55,755 nucleotides of DNA from Elusimicrobiota bacterium (GTDB lineage Bacteria; Elusimicrobiota; Elusimicrobia; UBA1565; UBA9628), in NCBI GenBank assembly GCA_016212825.1, contig JACRDS010000149.1, positions 1 through 55,755 of the forward strand, written 5' to 3'. Numbering within the stretch: position 1 is the stretch's first letter; each line of letters begins with the position of its first letter. The notes beneath the pieces were generated by a model that saw only the letters and a list, made by a program, of their open reading frames with translations, had not been told where the DNA came from and searched no databases. Below, in pieces: positions 20,791-30,872 of this stretch. Position numbers and translations under genes: made by a program.

Positions 20791-21134
20791 TTTTCTTCAG
20801 CGGTTCTCTGACCAGCCCGACTAATGGCTTGCGGGAAGGGCTCTTCCTCAAGTTTTCGTCCGGGATTTGGTTTCCTGTCTCTGGACAGCGCGGATCGGCG
20901 CAACAGGAAATACCCTGTCCCGCAGAGCGCCATGGCCAACCAGATGGCTTTGCCGAAATTGACGAGATGCTCAGTCCATCGCGCGAGATCCATCTGCCAC
21001 AAGGGCGGGATGTTGCAGACGACGATCTCATAGGGGGTGCCGCTCAGGAATCCGGAATTCAGCCAACGAGCGCCGCATATGGATCCGATGAGGATGACGG
21101 CCGCCACCCAAACTGGTACACGCAATCGCATCAT
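20787..21134 (-). CDS. Small hypothetical membrane protein
   Basis: Two hydrophobic segments; stop overlaps next start; lower GC than flanks. Confidence 0.55.
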   Translation of the reverse strand: MMRLRVPVWVAAVILIGSICGARWLNSGFLSGTPYEIVVCNIPPLWQMDLARWTEHLVNFGKAIWLAMALCGTGYFLLRRSALSRDRKPNPGRKLEEEPFPQAISRAGQRTAEEK

Positions 21135-21168
21135 GTCAAATCCCAGCCACAGGGTTGCGCGGCGAATC

Positions 21169-21275
21169 CCCGAACGCCGGACTTAATATTCACCCCTTGC
21201 TATGCGCGCGGCTTCGGTAGACCATCGCTTGGTTCCGTCGACTTGAAAGCGCGGCGGTAGAGCCCTATGTTGTGC
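21169..21275 (-). mobile_element. Degenerate integron attC-like site 1
   Basis: Minus strand GCACAAC-ATAGG-GCTCTA...TAAGT-CCGGC-GTTCGGG directly after the toxin stop; L boxes pair with one extra base. Confidence 0.55.
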
Positions 21276-21276
21276 C

Positions 21277-21558
21277 CTAGCGATAATACTTGCCGAAACG
21301 ATGGACTTCGTTGTGATTGCCGACAAAGAGGAATGTGATGACACTCTTGTCCCAATGGAACAAGACGCGGAGCGCCAAGTCTGTGCGGAATCCCCAGAGC
21401 TGCTCGCCTAGCTTCGTGAGACCATAGCCCGCTGGAATTCGGCGGACATCGGCGGCAAGCATGAAGGAGTCCAATTGCCGCTGGATAGCGACCTTATCTC
21501 GGGGGTGGAGACCTTTAAGGCTTCTCTGGAAGCTGCGGGCAAATGCGAATTGAAGCAC
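21277..21558 (-). CDS. Type II toxin, RelE/ParE superfamily
   Basis: 93 aa, basic; FARSFQRSLKGL...LWGFR...LRVLF...FVGNHNEV; downstream of a RHH gene. Confidence 0.8.
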   Translation of the reverse strand: MLQFAFARSFQRSLKGLHPRDKVAIQRQLDSFMLAADVRRIPAGYGLTKLGEQLWGFRTDLALRVLFHWDKSVITFLFVGNHNEVHRFGKYYR

Positions 21559-21573
21559 GGGCTTTGGCTCGCC

Positions 21574-21807
21574 CTAGAGCGACCATAAATGGCGCCGGGC
21601 ATCCTGCAGTTTCTGGAATTTCCGGGCGCCCTTGCCCTGCTTCGCCTCTTTGGCCATTCCAGCGATCTCGTCTTCGGTGAAGCGCGAGAGGTAAGCATTA
21701 TCAATCGCTTCTCGGACTAGCATGGAATAGCTCTTGCCGCTCTGCTCGGACACGCGGCGAAGCGCCTTAACTTCCTTTTCTGCCAGCAGTATCTGCATCC
21801 TTGTCAT
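21574..21807 (-). CDS. CopG/ribbon-helix-helix antitoxin
   Basis: MTRMQILL...LRRVSEQSGKSYSMLVREAID. Confidence 0.8.
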   Translation of the reverse strand: MTRMQILLAEKEVKALRRVSEQSGKSYSMLVREAIDNAYLSRFTEDEIAGMAKEAKQGKGARKFQKLQDARRHLWSL

Positions 21808-21824
21808 GGGAAACCTCTGCTATT

Positions 21825-21854
21825 GTGTATAACATGTGTAGCCATGATTGTCAA
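21825..21854 (-). promoter_or_regulatory. sigma70 promoter of the TA operon with overlapping direct repeats
   Basis: Minus strand TTGACA-N17-TATACA; plus-strand TGTGTA repeated 11 bp apart, a candidate RHH operator. Confidence 0.75.
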
Positions 21855-21859
21855 GCCCG

Positions 21860-21995
21860 ACCTGATGACGGGCATCAACGCGACGGCCTGCGGCGCGCGC
21901 TATTTAGCGCGTGCCGCAGGGGCCCGCCGCACGTCGACGTTCCGCGCGCTTGCGCGCGACCGCAGTACCCGCGCCCGTAGCGCCCGATGTTATGC
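21860..21995 (-). mobile_element. Degenerate integron attC-like site 2
   Basis: Minus strand GCATAAC-ATCGG-GCGCTACG...CGTTGATGC-CCGTC-ATCAGGT; first 26 nt resemble site 1; R' lacks GTT. Confidence 0.45.
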
Positions 21996-22061
21996 AGAAC
22001 CGTGTGGCCGATCCAAACCCCGGAATACTCAATGCGGCCCCTCTTGGGTCGTCCGTTTCTG

Positions 22062-22403
22062 CTACTTTGGTGATCGCGGATGCCAGTCCGGATAGATGCC
22101 CTTCTTCATGCCTTGAATCTCATCTTCAGTGAACTGTCGTTGATGATAGCCGTGACCATGGCCCGGGGTTGCCAAGACGAGGATTTTGCCGCCGTCGGGT
22201 CTTGCAAGCCATCCCGATGGAGGGTCCGCCGCGACAATCGCATTGAGACATCACATCATGGTCTTGTTGCGCAAAGAGAAGGAGAACTCGTGCTGCTCAT
22301 TCGGAATCCATTCAAATTCCTTTCCTTCCTCCGGGGGCGGATCCCATGTAGCAACGGAAAACAAGCTCCACTTTCCGGGATACCCTGCGACCCACGCAGC
22401 GTA
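22062..22403 (-). pseudogene. 5'-truncated low-GC gene remnant with an internal stop
   Basis: One frame reads YAAWVAGYPGKW...KTMM*CLNAIV...WHPRSPK*; internal TGA at 22251-22253; no start codon at the 5' end of the frame. Confidence 0.5.
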
Positions 22404-22462
22404 TCACCCTGCACCCCCCTTCCAACCCAGCCCCAGCCGGGCCAATTGGTATAATTCCCCCG

Positions 22463-24115
<1,653 letters not shown>

Positions 24116-24167
24116 ATGGCCCCGACGCTGCGCGTCGGGGCGAGTGCCGGCGCTGCGCGCCGGCACT

Positions 24168-25421
24168 TCAGGGTTTGGTATCCTTGACGCGGTCCGGGGC
24201 CACCCACTCCGTCCAGTAAGGCGCCCAGCCGTCGTAGCGCACCTGGTAGAGCCCCAGCTTGTAGTCCAGCACCGTAGACGCGTACCACTTCTCGTCCGAC
24301 TGCACGAAGACCGAGGAGTTCAGCGCCCACTTCTGCGGCTCCGGGCGGTAAGGGCCCACGGTGTCCGCGGCCACGCACTCGTTGGACGAGTCGCTCCAGC
24401 CGATGTAGTCCACCTTCTTGCCCGGCTTGCCGTCGGAGGTCCTGCAGTCGCCCAGCACCGCCGCCCTGTAGGTCTTGCCGTCGCGCCAGCGCACCGTGAC
24501 CTTGGGCGGCGCCGGAGAGTCCTGGTAGGAGACGTCGGCGATCTTGGTCCTCGGGTCGAACTCCCCCGTGGCCCCATAGGCGGAGAGCTGGCCTTCGAAG
24601 GACATCTCCTGCTCGATGTACAGCGCCAGTTCGTGGAAGAGTATCTGCTTGTCGTTGTTCATGTCCACGCGCGAGCTGCCGGTGAGCCCCCGCAGCAAGG
24701 TGTCGCTGAAGGTCCAGCCGCCGGTGGAAGGCGTGCCCGACTGCGCCGAGGTCAGGCAGGCGAAGGAGACCTTGCCGCCCTGGATCCTGGCCGCGTCGCA
24801 CAGCGCCCCGGAGTAGCAGCAGTCCGCGGTGACGAAGGCGACGGCGCCCTTGAACTCGGCCGCGATGGCCTTGATCACGTCCGGCATGGCCCAGGCCGTC
24901 TTGGGGACGGCGTCTCCCCCCTTGGCGTCGTAAGGGATGAGATAGGCTATGCCCGGCGCCTTGAGACTGCCGTGGCCCGCGTAGTAGAAGAACAAGGTGT
25001 CGCCCGGCTTGGCGCGCTTGATGAGCCCGGAGAATCGGCCGCGGATCTTGTCGAGCGCGGCGTCCGAGTCCTTGAACCAGAGGATGTGGTCGTCCGGCAC
25101 GCCCTTCTTCTGGCGGAAGAACTTCACGAGCAAAGCGTCGCGCCGGTTCTCCTTCGGGAAGGAGACGTAGGACTTGGAGTCCCGCCACTCCAGCACGCTC
25201 ACGATGAAGACCCAGGTGGAGGCGCCAGCCTGTCCCGGCGCCGAGGCCAGGGCGGTCCCGGCTTTGTTGTTCGCGCTTTTGGCTTGCGTGCGCGCTTTGC
25301 CCAGCAAGCCCGTCGACTCGTTGGAGAATGCCGTCTGCAGGCCGGAGACCATCATGGCCATGGCGGTCAGGAGCAGCCAGGGCCAGCGCGGGAGGGGTCC
25401 CCGGGCGGGCGGGATGCGCAT
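24168..25421 (-). CDS. Exported caspase-family (C14) peptidase with C-terminal Tudor/Agenet-like domains
   Basis: YYAGHG and ADCCYSG catalytic dyad; C-terminal Y.A.V...V.Y.GW...E.V motif present twice. Confidence 0.85.
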   Translation of the reverse strand: MRIPPARGPLPRWPWLLLTAMAMMVSGLQTAFSNESTGLLGKARTQAKSANNKAGTALASAPGQAGASTWVFIVSVLEWRDSKSYVSFPKENRRDALLVKFFRQKKGVPDDHILWFKDSDAALDKIRGRFSGLIKRAKPGDTLFFYYAGHGSLKAPGIAYLIPYDAKGGDAVPKTAWAMPDVIKAIAAEFKGAVAFVTADCCYSGALCDAARIQGGKVSFACLTSAQSGTPSTGGWTFSDTLLRGLTGSSRVDMNNDKQILFHELALYIEQEMSFEGQLSAYGATGEFDPRTKIADVSYQDSPAPPKVTVRWRDGKTYRAAVLGDCRTSDGKPGKKVDYIGWSDSSNECVAADTVGPYRPEPQKWALNSSVFVQSDEKWYASTVLDYKLGLYQVRYDGWAPYWTEWVAPDRVKDTKP

Positions 25422-25427
25422 ACCGCT

Positions 25428-25456
25428 AGTGTAATGCGGCGTCCCCCGTCTGTCAA
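25428..25456 (-). promoter_or_regulatory. sigma70 promoter, probably leaderless transcript of the caspase gene
   Basis: TTGACA-N17-TACACT-N6-ATG. Confidence 0.75.
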
Positions 25457-25463
25457 GGACAGG

Positions 25464-25510
25464 GGGTCAGGTCTTGAGATTTGAGAATCTCAAGTCTCAA
25501 GATCTGACCC
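25464..25510. repeat. REP-like palindrome
   Basis: 23-bp arms GGGTCAGGTCTTGAGATTTGAGA / TCTCAAGTCTCAAGATCTGACCC with 2 G-T mismatches. Confidence 0.8.
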
Positions 25511-25539
25511 TCAGCCTTTGATATCATAACTCCGACAAG

Positions 25540-26535
25540 TTGAGGCCTGACACCTTAGTCGTTTTGTTCGCGGTGTTGCTCTGCGGTTGTTCGCCCGTCT
25601 ACGTCACAAAGGCGGCGGCGGGCCACGCGAGCCTGCTCTGGCACAGCCGCGGCATGGAGTCCGCCCTGCGCGACCCCAAGACCCCCCAGGACCTCAAAGC
25701 CAAGCTGCAGTTCGCGCTCGACGTGCGCGCCTTCGCCTTCGAGCGCATGGGCCTCAGGAAGACCAAGGATTACTCCACCTATTCCCCGGTCCGCGGCGCG
25801 GTTACCTATGTCGTCTCCGCCTGCCCGAAGACGAGTCTGACGCCTTACCAGTGGTGGTTTCCTTTTTTAGGCAAGGTCCCGTACAAAGGCTACTTCCACA
25901 AGGCTGACGCGCTCAAAGAGATGAAGCGCATGGAGGATCTCGGCTTCGATACGCGCGTGGGCGGAGTCGCCGCCTACAAGACTCCCCTGCCCTTCCGCGA
26001 CCCCCTGCCCTCCAGCACCCTCGACTACCTGCCCGGAGACCTGGCCGACCTGCTCATCCACGAGCTGTTCCACGGCACGGTCTGGTTCAAGGACCAGGTC
26101 GAGTTCGACGAGGCCGCCGCCACATTCGCGGGCCAGGAAGGAGCCAAGGAGTTCTTGGCGTGGAGGTACGGAGCTGATTCGCCCCAGCTGAAGGACTACC
26201 TCGACGGACTCTCCAGACAAAGCCGATTCGCCGGCGTGATGGAGGACCTTTATAAAGAACTCGGCGAGCTGTATGGCGGAAAGGTCGGCGAGACTGAGAA
26301 ACTAAACGGGCGTGATTCGGTCTTTTCGAAGGGAGAACAACGGCTCAAGGAGATAGGGCAGCCGATCTCGGAGAAGCTCAATAACGCGGTGGTGCTGGCG
26401 CACCGGCTCTACATCCGCGACCTCTCCCCCTTCAAGGCCCTCTACGAGCGCAATGGCAAGGATTGGCGCAAGACCATCGCGGCATTGAAGGCGTTGGACC
26501 GCAAGGATCCCTTCGCCGCCTTGTCGAAAGGCTGA
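25540..26535 (+). CDS. Zincin-type putative aminopeptidase, lipoprotein
   Basis: Lipobox LCGC; WWFPFLGKVPYKGYF, LLIHELFH (HExxH) and FDEAAATF motifs. Confidence 0.88.
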   Translation: MRPDTLVVLFAVLLCGCSPVYVTKAAAGHASLLWHSRGMESALRDPKTPQDLKAKLQFALDVRAFAFERMGLRKTKDYSTYSPVRGAVTYVVSACPKTSLTPYQWWFPFLGKVPYKGYFHKADALKEMKRMEDLGFDTRVGGVAAYKTPLPFRDPLPSSTLDYLPGDLADLLIHELFHGTVWFKDQVEFDEAAATFAGQEGAKEFLAWRYGADSPQLKDYLDGLSRQSRFAGVMEDLYKELGELYGGKVGETEKLNGRDSVFSKGEQRLKEIGQPISEKLNNAVVLAHRLYIRDLSPFKALYERNGKDWRKTIAALKALDRKDPFAALSKG

Positions 26536-26584
26536 CCGCCTCCGTTCCGGCGATCCTTGCTGGCTGGAGCTGCTTCGGCGGCCG

Positions 26585-26629
26585 GACTTATCCACAAAAT
26601 TAGCCCAGGGCTAAGTCGGTGGATAAGTC
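26585..26629. repeat. Intergenic nested inverted repeat between convergent genes
   Basis: GACTTATCCAC...TTAGCCC-A-GGGCTAA...GTGGATAAGTC. Confidence 0.75.
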
Positions 26630-26677
26630 GTGGGCGGTCTTATCGCTGCTTGCGGGTAGGAGCTTCTGGGCTGCCTG

Positions 26678-28153
26678 CTAGGGGAGCTGGGCCGGCAGAG
26701 CGCGCTGCGGCTGGGTCGGGCGGGTGCGCCGAAGCTCCAGCGCCGAGACCGCGCCCTTGGCGAGCTCCAGCGAGAACACCCGGGCCTTGCCGTCAGGCTC
26801 GTAGTAGTGCCGCGCTTCCACGGCCAGGAGCACCTGGTCGCCCTGGGCGCCCGCGATGAGCATGCTGCCGTCGGGGCCCGGCACCACCAGCACGGGCGAG
26901 CCGTCCTTCTTCTGCGCGTGCACGGCCACCAGCTCCACCGGCTTGCCGCCCTTGTTGGCCGTGAAGACCTGCCAGGTGTTGGCTGCGGCTTCGTAGGGCC
27001 TGGCCGTCACGAGCAGGGAGTGCGGGAACACGATGGCCTGGTCTATGGACTCGATGCGCACGGCCCGGTAGGCCGAGCCGCCCGAAGCGTCGCGGGTCTT
27101 GTCCGCCGGGAAGTCGCCGAAGGAGTCGTGCACGATGAAATAGGTCTTCTCCCCCCAGTCCTTCTCCGAGGCGTTGGCGGCGCAGTCCGCGAGCTTCTGC
27201 CCCGGCTCCATGCAGAAGTAGCCCACCACGGCCACGGCGTGGGCGCCCATCATGCGCGGCCGCGAGGTCTGCTCCAGCTGGACGTAGGCGATGCCGAACT
27301 TCTCGACGCCGTCGGCCAGCACCTTGGCGTACTTGTCCGGGGTGCGGCCCTGGAAGATGCTGCCTGAGAAGAGTTCCTTGTACTGGCCTTCCATCGCGGA
27401 CTGGGATGGGTCGTAGGAATATCTCTCGCCGGTGTAGGGGTCCTCGACCGTGTAGGCCTCGGGCTCGATGAGCAGGTCCGCATAGCCCAGGGGCTGGATG
27501 GGCGCGGCCTGGTCGCGCACCGGGTCCTTGTCTATGAGCCTCGGGAGCAGGAAGTAGTGCGGGCCCCCGCCCGCGTAGCCCCGCTCCACGTACTTGAGCT
27601 CCAGCAGGCGCGGGTCGAGCAGGCCCAGCTCGGTGCTGCCGTTGTTGGCGTTCCGGTGGCTGGGCAGGGACCGGCCGAGCTGCAGGGCCCACCAGTCGTT
27701 GACCGTGCCGGCCGCGTCGGAGAGGCAGGTGTAGGGCGGCTCGTTGGGCCGGCCGTCGTATTTCCACTCGCCCATCTTGAAGAGCCGGCCCTTGTTGCGC
27801 TGGCGGATGAGCGCGTTGGTGCGGTCGGTCCACTCTTTCGTCTCTTCCTGGTTCTTGTGGAAGAGCTGGTCGAAGCCGGCCACCGTATGGCGGAACTCCG
27901 GGGGCACGCCGGAGAGGTTCAAGGCGTAGCGCGGCGCGGGCGGCAGCTTCTCATCCTCCTGGCGGATGATGTAGTTCAGGGCCGGGCCCCGCTTCGGCGC
28001 CGCCAGAGACAGGGGCGGCATGGCCAAAGAGCCGTCGAAGAGCCCGTCCAGGGCGGCCTTGTCCCAGGCCGCGGGAGAGACCGGCGCGTATTGGGCCGAG
28101 GCGGGAGCGGCGAAGAGGACGGCCAGAGCGAGGGTCTTCAGAGCGTCGGCCAC
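26678..28153 (-). CDS. Exported papain-like cysteine peptidase (putative)
   Basis: Signal peptide; YTCLS, GAHAVAVVGY and YFIVHDSFG resemble the C1 Cys / HAV..VGY / NSWG blocks. Confidence 0.65.
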   Translation of the reverse strand: MADALKTLALAVLFAAPASAQYAPVSPAAWDKAALDGLFDGSLAMPPLSLAAPKRGPALNYIIRQEDEKLPPAPRYALNLSGVPPEFRHTVAGFDQLFHKNQEETKEWTDRTNALIRQRNKGRLFKMGEWKYDGRPNEPPYTCLSDAAGTVNDWWALQLGRSLPSHRNANNGSTELGLLDPRLLELKYVERGYAGGGPHYFLLPRLIDKDPVRDQAAPIQPLGYADLLIEPEAYTVEDPYTGERYSYDPSQSAMEGQYKELFSGSIFQGRTPDKYAKVLADGVEKFGIAYVQLEQTSRPRMMGAHAVAVVGYFCMEPGQKLADCAANASEKDWGEKTYFIVHDSFGDFPADKTRDASGGSAYRAVRIESIDQAIVFPHSLLVTARPYEAAANTWQVFTANKGGKPVELVAVHAQKKDGSPVLVVPGPDGSMLIAGAQGDQVLLAVEARHYYEPDGKARVFSLELAKGAVSALELRRTRPTQPQRALPAQLP

Positions 28154-28201
28154 GGATATAATTCTACCTCCAAGCGGGCCGGCGGATATGGAGCGATGGT
28201 C

Positions 28202-29020
28202 CTAGGAGGATATGGGCCGGAAGGCCCACTCCAGGCAGGCGCGGGCCAGGCGGCCGGCCTTGCCGCTCCTCAGCCAGCCGCGGCGCAGCTCGGCCTCCAG
28301 CCGCAGCGCCTCCTGCCGGGCGGGTTCCGAGGCCGGCGGCACGGCGCAGGTCATGAGCTGCTGCGCGTCGTGCAGCCGGCCCAGCAGCTCCTGCAGGCCG
28401 CGCAGGCGCTTGGCCAGAGCCTTGGTCCCGGGGCAAGGCTCCAGGATATAGCGCAGGCGTTTGACCTTGATGCGCGCCGCGTGGGACTGCGCCGGCGTCC
28501 CGCCCCGGCGCGCGGCCGCCAGGCTGCAGTCGAGCTCCACGGCGGCCTTCGCCGCCGCCCTCCGGGCCGCCTCGGCGAAAGGCTCCGTCCCCGGCCGGAC
28601 CCTCTCCAGGCGCTCCTTGAGCCCGCGGGCCGCGGCCTTGAGCTCGGGCAGGCCCTGGCGCAGGAACTCCTTGCGGCAGTGCTCGGACACGGCGCCGAGG
28701 TGGATGATGAGCCGGCTCGTGATGTGGCAGGGGGCGCCGCCTCCCCTCAGCCAGGCCGCCCAGACCTGGGCGTCGCGCGCCGGCCCCGTCATGCGGGAGA
28801 CCTTCTGCAGCCGGCGGCGCAGGGGCCGGGCCGCGGCCGGACCCAGCTGGCCGCGGTAGGCGGCCAGGACCACGCGCAGCCGGCGCAGGGAGGTGCGCAG
28901 GTCGTGCAGGGCCTGCGCGTCCTTCCCGCTCCGGAGCCCCCCGGCGGCCTTGAGGGCTCTGCCGAGCCAGAGCCGCGCCAATCCCGCCGCCGCCTCGCCC
29001 GCCGGCATGCTCTGGCGCAT
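28202..29020 (-). CDS. CHAD domain protein
   Basis: ATG at 29020 overlaps upstream stop; LHDLRTSLRRLR, GPARDAQV, HAARIKVKRLRY and LQELLGRLHD motifs. Confidence 0.9.
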   Translation of the reverse strand: MRQSMPAGEAAAGLARLWLGRALKAAGGLRSGKDAQALHDLRTSLRRLRVVLAAYRGQLGPAAARPLRRRLQKVSRMTGPARDAQVWAAWLRGGGAPCHITSRLIIHLGAVSEHCRKEFLRQGLPELKAAARGLKERLERVRPGTEPFAEAARRAAAKAAVELDCSLAAARRGGTPAQSHAARIKVKRLRYILEPCPGTKALAKRLRGLQELLGRLHDAQQLMTCAVPPASEPARQEALRLEAELRRGWLRSGKAGRLARACLEWAFRPISS

Positions 29021-30189
29021 CAGAAGAAGTACTGCAGCTGCAGATACGACAGGTTGGGCTGGAAGCCGAACTCGGTGCGGCGGCCGCCGCCGAAGCGCTG
29101 CCAGCCTCCGGTGAGGTAGAGGTCCGCGACGGGATTGTACTGCAGGCTCGGGGAAAGCAGCGCGCTGCCGTCGTCGATGTTGCCCAGGAATACGGCCTCG
29201 AGCTTGAGCAGGGGGTGCAGGTCCTTGGAGAGGGTCAGGCCCGCGTAGTCCTTGCCCAGGGCGGTGTCCTTGCCGGAGAGCAGCACGCTCCGGTCGTAGC
29301 GGTCCGGGTTGGTCGTGCCGCGTCCGTTGTGGTAGTACTCGAAGAGCCACTGGGAATCCTTGAGCCATTTCCACCGGGGCTCGGAGCTGAAGGTGTACTC
29401 GTAGCCGATCAGGCCGCGCCAGTAGGGCCGCCCGGTCTCCGGGTCCGTGTAGGACCATTCCCCGTGCAAGGAGCCCTCCCAGAGGTTGCCCGCGAAATCC
29501 CCCCCGACGATCCAGCTCGCAGTCGAGCCGGCCAGCTTGCCGCCCATGGCCGAGAAGTCGTAGTCCCTGTAGTTGGATCTGCCCCTGGCCAGCAAAGCGC
29601 TGTCGGGCCAGCGGTCCTGCGGGGCGTAGGCCAGCTCCGCCTGGGAGAGCTCGCCCAAGCCCTGGCGCAGGTAGAGGGCGTCGACGCCGGCGCGCTCCTC
29701 GCGCTCCACGGCCGCGGGCCGGTAGGGGTTGAGCACGTCGGTCGGGTTCCAGAGCTTGCCCGTGCCCCAGGCCACGCGCTGACGGCCGAAACGGAGCGCG
29801 GTGCTCTCGTTCTCGAAGCCCAGCCAGCCGCGGTAGAGGCGGTGGCGCCAGGAGGAGGTGGCCGAGGTGGATATGCTCTGCTCCATCTCCAGCCAAGTCC
29901 GCGGTCCGGCCAGGCCGAAGGCTTGGTACTCCGAGGTTCGGAAGTAGCTGCCGGCGTAGACCTCGTGGTCGTAGTCCGCGTGCGCCTTGAAGAAGGCGGC
30001 CTTGGCCTCCAAGGTCAGCCGGGCGCGGTCGAGGTTGAGGAAGAAGGGCCGGCCGTCGAGCCCGGAATGGGAGTACTGCCAGAGCTCCTTGAGATAGCCC
30101 GAGGCGTCGACGGACACGGGACCGGTCTTGAACTCCCGGGCCTCAACGGGCAGGGCCAGCAGGAGGCAGAAGACGGCGGAGCGCATCAT
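29020..30189 (-). CDS. Outer-membrane beta-barrel associated with a LolA-like/ABC operon
   Basis: Signal peptide; GRQRVAWG...NPTD and GVDA motifs; C-terminal LQYFF. Confidence 0.75.
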   Translation of the reverse strand: MMRSAVFCLLLALPVEAREFKTGPVSVDASGYLKELWQYSHSGLDGRPFFLNLDRARLTLEAKAAFFKAHADYDHEVYAGSYFRTSEYQAFGLAGPRTWLEMEQSISTSATSSWRHRLYRGWLGFENESTALRFGRQRVAWGTGKLWNPTDVLNPYRPAAVEREERAGVDALYLRQGLGELSQAELAYAPQDRWPDSALLARGRSNYRDYDFSAMGGKLAGSTASWIVGGDFAGNLWEGSLHGEWSYTDPETGRPYWRGLIGYEYTFSSEPRWKWLKDSQWLFEYYHNGRGTTNPDRYDRSVLLSGKDTALGKDYAGLTLSKDLHPLLKLEAVFLGNIDDGSALLSPSLQYNPVADLYLTGGWQRFGGGRRTEFGFQPNLSYLQLQYFF

Positions 30190-30872
30190 GCCGGAGCGAG
30201 CTTGCCGTCGTGCAGGTGCAGCACGCGCCGGGCCCGGGAGAGCACGGCCGGGTCGTGGCTGGAGAAGACGAAGGTGACGGCGCGCTCTTTGTTGAGCGAC
30301 TCCATGACGTCGAGCAGGGAGGCCGCGGTCTTGGAGTCGAGGTTGGCCGTGGGCTCGTCGGCCAGCACCACCATGGGCCGGTGCACGATGGAGCGCGCCA
30401 CGGCCACCCTCTGCTGCTGCCCTCCGGAGAGCAGGTTGGGCCGGCGGTCGGCCATGGACTCCATGCCCACCCAGCCCAGCACCTCCAGCGCGCGGGCGCG
30501 GCGCTCCGCGGCCGGCACCCCCTGCAGCACCAGGGGATACTCCGCGTTCTCCACCGCGGTGAGCACCGGGATGAGGTTGTAGGCCTGGAAGATGAAGCCC
30601 AGGGCGCGCAGGCGGAAGTCGGCGGCCTCCTCCGGCGGCAGGCCCGAGACCTTGCGCCCTTCGTAGAGGACCTCGCCGGAGGTGGGCGCGTCCAGGGTCC
30701 CGATGATGTTGAGCAAGGTGGACTTGCCCGAGCCCGAGGGGCCGGCGATGGCGGAGAACTCTCCCGCCGCGAAGTCGAGGCTCACCGAAGTCAGCGCGGT
30801 GACCTTGGCCGCGCCCTTGGCCGTGTAGGTCTTGGAGATGTGCCGCGCGCTGATCAAGGGGGCCTTAGACAT
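30186..30872 (-). CDS. ABC transporter ATP-binding protein (LolD/MacB-like)
   Basis: GPSGSGKST, LSGGQQQRV, LADEPTANLD and SSHD motifs. Confidence 0.95.
   Translation of the reverse strand: MSKAPLISARHISKTYTAKGAAKVTALTSVSLDFAAGEFSAIAGPSGSGKSTLLNIIGTLDAPTSGEVLYEGRKVSGLPPEEAADFRLRALGFIFQAYNLIPVLTAVENAEYPLVLQGVPAAERRARALEVLGWVGMESMADRRPNLLSGGQQQRVAVARSIVHRPMVVLADEPTANLDSKTAASLLDVMESLNKERAVTFVFSSHDPAVLSRARRVLHLHDGKLAPA

Noticed and set aside
22251-22253. Selenocysteine or TGA recoding at the internal stop
   Set aside because: No redox motif context or evident SECIS, the frame lacks a 5' start, and TGA is a normal stop throughout the window
26588-26626. Replication origin suggested by DnaA boxes
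   Set aside because: Only two boxes, no AT-rich unwinding element, and no dnaA/dnaN-type neighbours
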